Shown here piece by piece: positions 22,595 through 27,444 of a DNA stretch of 27,444 nt. Within the stretch, counting starts at the first letter, position 1. Every line of letters starts with the position of its first letter. The DNA lies in assembly GCA_964612445.1 (NCBI GenBank), contig CAZTBQ010000002.1, positions 1 to 27,444 on the forward strand. Reading direction: 5' to 3'. The translations under genes were made by a program, and so were the position numbers. The notes beneath the pieces are model-generated. The model ran no database searches, was not told where the DNA came from, and saw nothing but the letters and a program-made list of their open reading frames with translations. Source of the DNA: an uncultured Candidatus Saccharibacteria bacterium. Its GTDB lineage: Bacteria > Patescibacteriota > Minisyncoccia > UBA6257 > 2-01-FULL-56-20.

Positions 22595-24043
22595 ATGATA
22601 GAAGCATTACGCGACGAGCGCATTAAAAAATTACAAAAATTGCGCGAGATGGGGGTGGAGGCCTACCCTCAAATGTCCAGGCGAACCCTTTCGCTTTTTG
22701 AGGCGCGTAAAGAGTTTTCGAAATTATTTAAAAGCAAGAAAAAACTTTGGCTCGCAGGTAGAATTTTGAGTATCCGTGACCAAGGCAATATAATTTTTTT
22801 GGATTTAGAAGATGAGAGCGGAAAGCTTCAGGCGGTTCTATTAAAAAAGAGCATTAAGAATTTTTCTGTATTTAAGGGAAACCTAGATCGAGGCGACTTC
22901 ATTAATGTCTTTGGAGTTTTATTTAAGACTAAAAGCGGAGAAATAAGCCTCGAAGTCCGTGAGGCAAATATTCTTACCAAATCCCTGCTTCCAATTCCAA
23001 GCGAATGGTACGGAGTGGAAGATCCGGATTTGCGATTGCGCGCACGCTATTTGGAGCTGCTTACCGATCCAAACACAAAAGAGATGTTCCGAAAAAAATC
23101 TGCTTTTTGGCAGGCTTTTAGAGAATTTCTTTTGAAGGAAAACTTTTTCGAGGTTGAAACTCCGGTATTGGAATCAATTCCTGGCGGCGCAGAGGCGGAG
23201 CCATTTAAGACTCATCTCAAAGCTTTGGATATAGATTTATATTTAAGGATTTCCTTGGAATTAAGCTTGAAGAAGTTAATTGTTGGTGGGTATGAAAAAG
23301 TTTTTGAAATTGGAAGAATCTTCAGAAACGAAGGAATCGATAAAGAACATTTGCAGGATTATACCCAGCTGGAATTTTATTGGGCTTATCATGAATATAA
23401 TGATTTGATGAAGCTCATCGAAAAGATGTATAAGTTTGTTATAAAAAAGACAATCGGGACATATAAGACAACTTATGATGGAAAGAAAATAGATTGGGGT
23501 AAAAAGTGGAAGACGGTTGATTACGTCGCCTCGTTTAAAAAAGCTGTTGGCTTAGATCCGTTGGAAGCTAGCGAGGAAGAACTATTTTCGTATGCTAAGA
23601 ATAAAGGGTTCGGTCCGGAGCGACATATGGGTCGTGGTAGGTTGATAGATTTAATCTTTAAGAAAACTGTTCGACCAACCTTGATTCAGCCATGTTTTTT
23701 GATTGATCCTCCAGTTGATATTGAACCACTCGCAAAGAGGCACAGAAAAGATTCTCGTCGTGTGGAGCGTTTTCAAATTCTTGCCGGAGGAACTGAGCTT
23801 GGTAAAGGTTTTACCGAACTAAATGATCCACTTGATCAGCGTGCTAGATTTGAGGAGCAGATGGGTCTTCGAGAGGCTGGAGATAATGAAGCTCAAATGA
23901 TGGATGAGGGTTTCGTGGAGGCGCTTGAATACGGGATGCCACCGACCGCCGGATTTGGAATTTCCGAGAGGTTATTTGCGGTGATTATGGATAAACCGGT
24001 AAGAGAAGCTGTGTTTTTTCCGCTCATGAGACCTAAGAAATAA
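22595..24043 (+). CDS. lysS: Lysine--tRNA ligase (class II)
   Basis: OB-fold AGRI, R.RYL.L, VETP.L, GGAEAEPF.TH, FRNEGID, GFTELNDP.DQR.RF, EYGMPPT.G. Confidence 0.98.
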   Translation: MIEALRDERIKKLQKLREMGVEAYPQMSRRTLSLFEARKEFSKLFKSKKKLWLAGRILSIRDQGNIIFLDLEDESGKLQAVLLKKSIKNFSVFKGNLDRGDFINVFGVLFKTKSGEISLEVREANILTKSLLPIPSEWYGVEDPDLRLRARYLELLTDPNTKEMFRKKSAFWQAFREFLLKENFFEVETPVLESIPGGAEAEPFKTHLKALDIDLYLRISLELSLKKLIVGGYEKVFEIGRIFRNEGIDKEHLQDYTQLEFYWAYHEYNDLMKLIEKMYKFVIKKTIGTYKTTYDGKKIDWGKKWKTVDYVASFKKAVGLDPLEASEEELFSYAKNKGFGPERHMGRGRLIDLIFKKTVRPTLIQPCFLIDPPVDIEPLAKRHRKDSRRVERFQILAGGTELGKGFTELNDPLDQRARFEEQMGLREAGDNEAQMMDEGFVEALEYGMPPTAGFGISERLFAVIMDKPVREAVFFPLMRPKK

Positions 24044-24044
24044 T

Positions 24045-24072
24045 CGTGTAACTTGTAGCTTGTAACGTGTAG
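24045..24072. repeat. Heptamer tandem repeat C(G/T)TGTA(A/G) x4
   Basis: CGTGTAA CTTGTAG CTTGTAA CGTGTAG; related copies at 27118-27137. Confidence 0.7.
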
Positions 24073-24114
24073 CGTTCAATTAAAATAGCCAAATTCAATA
24101 AAATTGTTTTCCAC

Positions 24115-24143
24115 ACAAGACACCATTTAATATGGTGTTTTTG
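24115..24143 (+). terminator. Terminator-like hairpin after lysS
   Basis: ACACCAT-TTAAT-ATGGTGT followed by TTTT. Confidence 0.55.
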
Positions 24144-24150
24144 TTATAAT
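24142..24150 (+). promoter_or_regulatory. Extended -10 promoter, likely leaderless transcript
   Basis: TG-T-TATAAT, 6 nt before ATG 24157. Confidence 0.65.
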
Positions 24151-24156
24151 GTATTT

Positions 24157-27105
24157 ATGAAGAAAATCTTTATTTTTGGTGGTTTGGCTATTTTGTTGGG
24201 TGTTGCGCTTTTTACCAGCCAAACAATTTTAGTTTATGGTCAGGCCTTTAATCAGGACGGAGATGATTGCTTTATGTCTCCGGCAGATGAAAGGTGTGAT
24301 ACGGTAATATATTCTCCTCGTGGCGGCGGCGGAGGGATGTCTTCTGGAGGATCGACCACTACTACGACAGAGCCGGGAGTTCTTGGTTTTTTAAATTTTT
24401 CTCCTGGATCAGTGGTTGACGGAGGGTCGTTTTCAATTAGACTTTCTGGCGCCGAAAGCATTCCGACCAATACCGTTACTCGCCTTTGGATTGATCCAGA
24501 GAATACGGGAAGTTTTAAAAATTTTGGAACATGGCTTACGGTTGGGGAGTTGCGGTCCGGTATTTCTCGCAAATTAACTTGTTCTTCGTATTCTAGCTAT
24601 GACCCTTCTGGGGCTCAGAATATTTCTGGAAAAAAGTTAAATCAAAGAATTTTTATTTCTTATGAAGGACTTGGATATGGCTCAGAGATCTCGCTTCACA
24701 CGAAAGATTGTTCATCTTCGGGATCCGGCACAACTGGACCTTCCTCTCCGTCTGGTGGTTCTTCGGGGTCAGCGGCATGTTTGGTTTCTCCTGGATCAAT
24801 TAGTATTTCGCAAGGTGGAACTGCAAATTTATCAGTTTCAACTTCAAGAACTTCAACTAGCGGAGATTTAGTTTATGTTAACGCAATTGGTTTTCCGACA
24901 GGGTCATATTCTTCTTTGGGGAATGGACAGGTTATTGATGCCGGTAAGACACGAAAAGATTTTCAAGTTTTTTCAACAAATAATGCCAATCGAGGACAAG
25001 CTCAATTTACAGTTTATTGCTCAACTGGATGTCCGGTTTCTGGATGTCCATCGGGAGGAGCTCCCGAAGTTTTGGGTTCTGCTCAGGTTTCTATTAATGT
25101 GACTGGTAGTAATCCAGAGCCAGTTGTTGGAGGAGGAAGTAGCGGGGGATCTTCTGGATCCGGAAGCGATGCTTGTCGTGTGGGTAGTTTGATTCTGCCT
25201 CCGAATAGTAGCGATAGGACCGATATAGGTTTTGATGAGACAGAAAATAATATTAGTTTCTCGGCTACTCCGATTGGCTCCGGAATAAGTAGTGTATCTG
25301 CATATCCGAACATAAAAATTGCAAGGGTGCAAAACGGATCCGGAAGAGAGGTGCCGATTGTGCATGTAAAAACTTCTAATGATTTTTCCGGACAGTCTTC
25401 TTATAATTTGGCGTGTAATTATGAAAGTAATCGTCTTGCTGCGGTTGGGATGATATCAACACCGGCGGTTTCGAATCCGGCCGGAAAAGTTAAACTTTCC
25501 CAGATGGAGGATTTAAAAGAAATTTTATTCCCAAGTTCTGTGTGTAATTTTAACGTAAAGGGTTGCAGGTCTGGTTTTTTCTCTAGATCTCCATTATTTG
25601 TTATAGCCAATGCTACGCCTCCTGCTTTGGTTGGTGCTGACATGATTGCCTTGAGTCCGGCTCCGGCAAAAGGTAATACTGCTCATCCGCGGTTATTTAA
25701 TTTGTCTAATCCTTTGCGTCCAACTGATTCAGGGCTAACCGGTCAGATTCGAGCGGGCGGTGATTATGATACTGCTGGTGATTTTGGTGCATATTTGGCG
25801 ATGGAGGGTGCTGCTTACAGTAAAGACAAGACTATATGGGCTGGACTAAGTAGTCAGGGGAATATTTATGTTTGGAAAGACGGAAAAAGATATGAAGATT
25901 GGGGTGGCTCTGGATCTAGGCAGATATATGGAATAATTAAATATGGATTTAGCTACATATTATTAACCCATTCGGGGTCTTATGATATTACGAATGGTAT
26001 GACTCCTGTGGATTCAGGAATAGATGCTCTTTCTGGAAATATGTGGCGCAGGGATAGATTAAATGCTGCACCCGCCGGATTTCCGGATATGCCTAACGGA
26101 GAAAAGATTATTTTGGGGGATGATAAACATATTTTAGCGATCGTCACAGGCACGGCTTATGGACAGCCGGCGCAAAATAGAAGATTGGCAGTGTATTCGG
26201 CAGACAGTTCTAATGTTGTTGCTGAGCAGACGCTTCCATATGCGGACGGGTCGGAAAAGTTCGGAACAATTCCAGTCCAGGGCGGTGAATATCTGTATGT
26301 GCTTAGAGCGCCTAAGTATACTTCCGCTACGGACCGCGCTCTTTACGGACCACAATTCGCAACGGTATATAAATTTGACTACGCGACTAAAAAAATAACC
26401 GAGATTGCAAAAGATGTCGCTTTAGCCCCTGGATATGTATCTGCAAATGTGGCTTTTGGGGCAAATACCCCAAATCCTGGAATAGTGGTTTCCAGTTTTA
26501 CTTATCCAGCCGGAAGCTTTGATGTCCAAGAAGCAAAAATTCAGGTTTATTTAATTTCGGATTTGGCCCAAGGAAAGGGGATTGATGTGTTATCTAATTC
26601 TCCAACATGGAAAGATGATACTCATCGAATGATGCAGGCTGCATCTCTTACTGTTGGTGGAGCGACATATGTTTATTCCGACGACGCTAGAGTTTATAAA
26701 TTGGAAATGGGAACGGCCACTTCCGATGGATCTACGAATCCGCCAACAACTACTCCGCCAGCTGGAGGTGGCACAACCTCAACCACTCCAACTTATGATT
26801 GTGCTTTTGATTTAACATTTACTCCGGCTAGCTTAACAGTGAAGCAGGGGACATATTATGCAAGCTATACCGTAAAGGCAAATAGCACGAGCGTTAATCC
26901 ATTTTGCACAATTAGCATAATTCCACCGAGTCAGAATAATATTCGCTCCGATTATATGAGTAGCTTAGTAGTTTCTCCGAATGGGCAAGCAAGTATGTTG
27001 TTGAACGTCTCTAAGGCTGCTAAAGGGTCATATGTACTTCCAGTTAAAGCTGCAGCTAAGGGTGTTCCAGTTAAAACATATAATGTTAATCTGACGATAC
27101 AATAA
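24157..27105 (+). CDS. Large secreted/surface protein (982 aa) with Ser/Gly/Thr/Pro linkers and Ig-like modules
   Basis: Signal peptide MKKIFIFGGLAILLGVALF; low-complexity linkers; modules starting CLVSPGSISISQGGTANLSV and FDLTFTPASLTVKQGTYYASYTV; Cys-rich N-terminal half. Confidence 0.85.
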   Translation: MKKIFIFGGLAILLGVALFTSQTILVYGQAFNQDGDDCFMSPADERCDTVIYSPRGGGGGMSSGGSTTTTTEPGVLGFLNFSPGSVVDGGSFSIRLSGAESIPTNTVTRLWIDPENTGSFKNFGTWLTVGELRSGISRKLTCSSYSSYDPSGAQNISGKKLNQRIFISYEGLGYGSEISLHTKDCSSSGSGTTGPSSPSGGSSGSAACLVSPGSISISQGGTANLSVSTSRTSTSGDLVYVNAIGFPTGSYSSLGNGQVIDAGKTRKDFQVFSTNNANRGQAQFTVYCSTGCPVSGCPSGGAPEVLGSAQVSINVTGSNPEPVVGGGSSGGSSGSGSDACRVGSLILPPNSSDRTDIGFDETENNISFSATPIGSGISSVSAYPNIKIARVQNGSGREVPIVHVKTSNDFSGQSSYNLACNYESNRLAAVGMISTPAVSNPAGKVKLSQMEDLKEILFPSSVCNFNVKGCRSGFFSRSPLFVIANATPPALVGADMIALSPAPAKGNTAHPRLFNLSNPLRPTDSGLTGQIRAGGDYDTAGDFGAYLAMEGAAYSKDKTIWAGLSSQGNIYVWKDGKRYEDWGGSGSRQIYGIIKYGFSYILLTHSGSYDITNGMTPVDSGIDALSGNMWRRDRLNAAPAGFPDMPNGEKIILGDDKHILAIVTGTAYGQPAQNRRLAVYSADSSNVVAEQTLPYADGSEKFGTIPVQGGEYLYVLRAPKYTSATDRALYGPQFATVYKFDYATKKITEIAKDVALAPGYVSANVAFGANTPNPGIVVSSFTYPAGSFDVQEAKIQVYLISDLAQGKGIDVLSNSPTWKDDTHRMMQAASLTVGGATYVYSDDARVYKLEMGTATSDGSTNPPTTTPPAGGGTTSTTPTYDCAFDLTFTPASLTVKQGTYYASYTVKANSTSVNPFCTISIIPPSQNNIRSDYMSSLVVSPNGQASMLLNVSKAAKGSYVLPVKAAAKGVPVKTYNVNLTIQ

Positions 27106-27143
27106 GCACGCAACATATAGCTTGTAACGCGTAACTTCAAAAA

Positions 27144-27176
27144 CAAAAAACTACTCACGATGTGAGTAGTTTTTTG
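27144..27176. terminator. Bidirectional intrinsic terminator
   Basis: CAAAAAACTACTCAC-GAT-GTGAGTAGTTTTTTG, perfect 15-bp stem between convergent genes. Confidence 0.85.
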
Positions 27177-27193
27177 TAAAAATAACAACGAAT

Positions 27194-27444
27194 CTATTCG
27201 AGGTGGAGTCGAATTTTGAATTCGGCCAATTTTTCTTTAAGATTTGGGAATTTATCCAAACTTTTGCTTTTGGTGAGCGTTAAAGCCGCAGATTCGCGAG
27301 CAGACTTTACCAACTCAATATTTTGCAAGCTCTTCATCATGAAGTCGGAAAATCCAGATTGTTCGTCGCCGATAAATTGTCCTGGTCCGCGAATTTGTAA
27401 ATCTTTTTCGGCAAGTTCGAATCCATTTTTAGCTTCCATTATTG
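27194..27444 (-). CDS. recG: ATP-dependent DNA helicase RecG, C-terminal fragment (continues beyond the window)
   Basis: GFELAEKDLQIRGPGQFIG.EQSG matches the RecG TRG motif region. Confidence 0.88.
   Translation of the reverse strand, partial: IMEAKNGFELAEKDLQIRGPGQFIGDEQSGFSDFMMKSLQNIELVKSARESAALTLTKSKSLDKFPNLKEKLAEFKIRLHLE

Noticed and set aside
2713-27105. Many short antisense or alternate-frame ORFs inside fusA, tuf, ribosomal genes, map, greA and the 982-aa gene
   Set aside because: Shadow ORFs of conserved genes with no independent coding evidence.
1-27444. DGR template repeat, reverse transcriptase or Avd within the window
   Set aside because: No second copy of 1176-1283 and no RT-like ORF were seen. 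The AAC-rich stretch at 16359-16379 is the rpsE N-terminus and lacks the flanking RGG/GFR sequence.

Overview
AT-rich bacterial window holding the core translation cluster: str operon (rpsL-rpsG-fusA-tuf), rpsJ, a ~2.1 kb insertion, then rplC through rplO-secY, adk, map, a GT2 glycosyltransferase, greA, lysS, a 982-aa secreted protein and the 3' end of a convergent recG. The absence of rpmD (L30), Shine-Dalgarno-less ribosomal genes and the rpsJ/rplC split suggest a Patescibacteria (CPR, probably Parcubacteria) genome using code 11; this is inference. Three things stand out. (1) The first, 5'-truncated gene is a pilin-like/C-type-lectin-fold protein whose last 36 codons look like a diversity-generating retroelement (DGR) variable region; no template repeat or reverse transcriptase lies in the window. 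(2) The intergenic spaces carry several families of structured repeats with compensatory base changes: twin ~177-nt elements filling the rpsL-rpsG and rpsG-fusA gaps, a 30-nt hairpin with two conserved mismatches, and a multi-branch element with conserved loops after rpsJ and after secY. (3) A synonymously diverged copy of the first 11 codons of adk sits just upstream of intact adk. No rRNA, tRNA, CRISPR-Cas, transposase or integrase is supported. All alignments and folds were done by eye.
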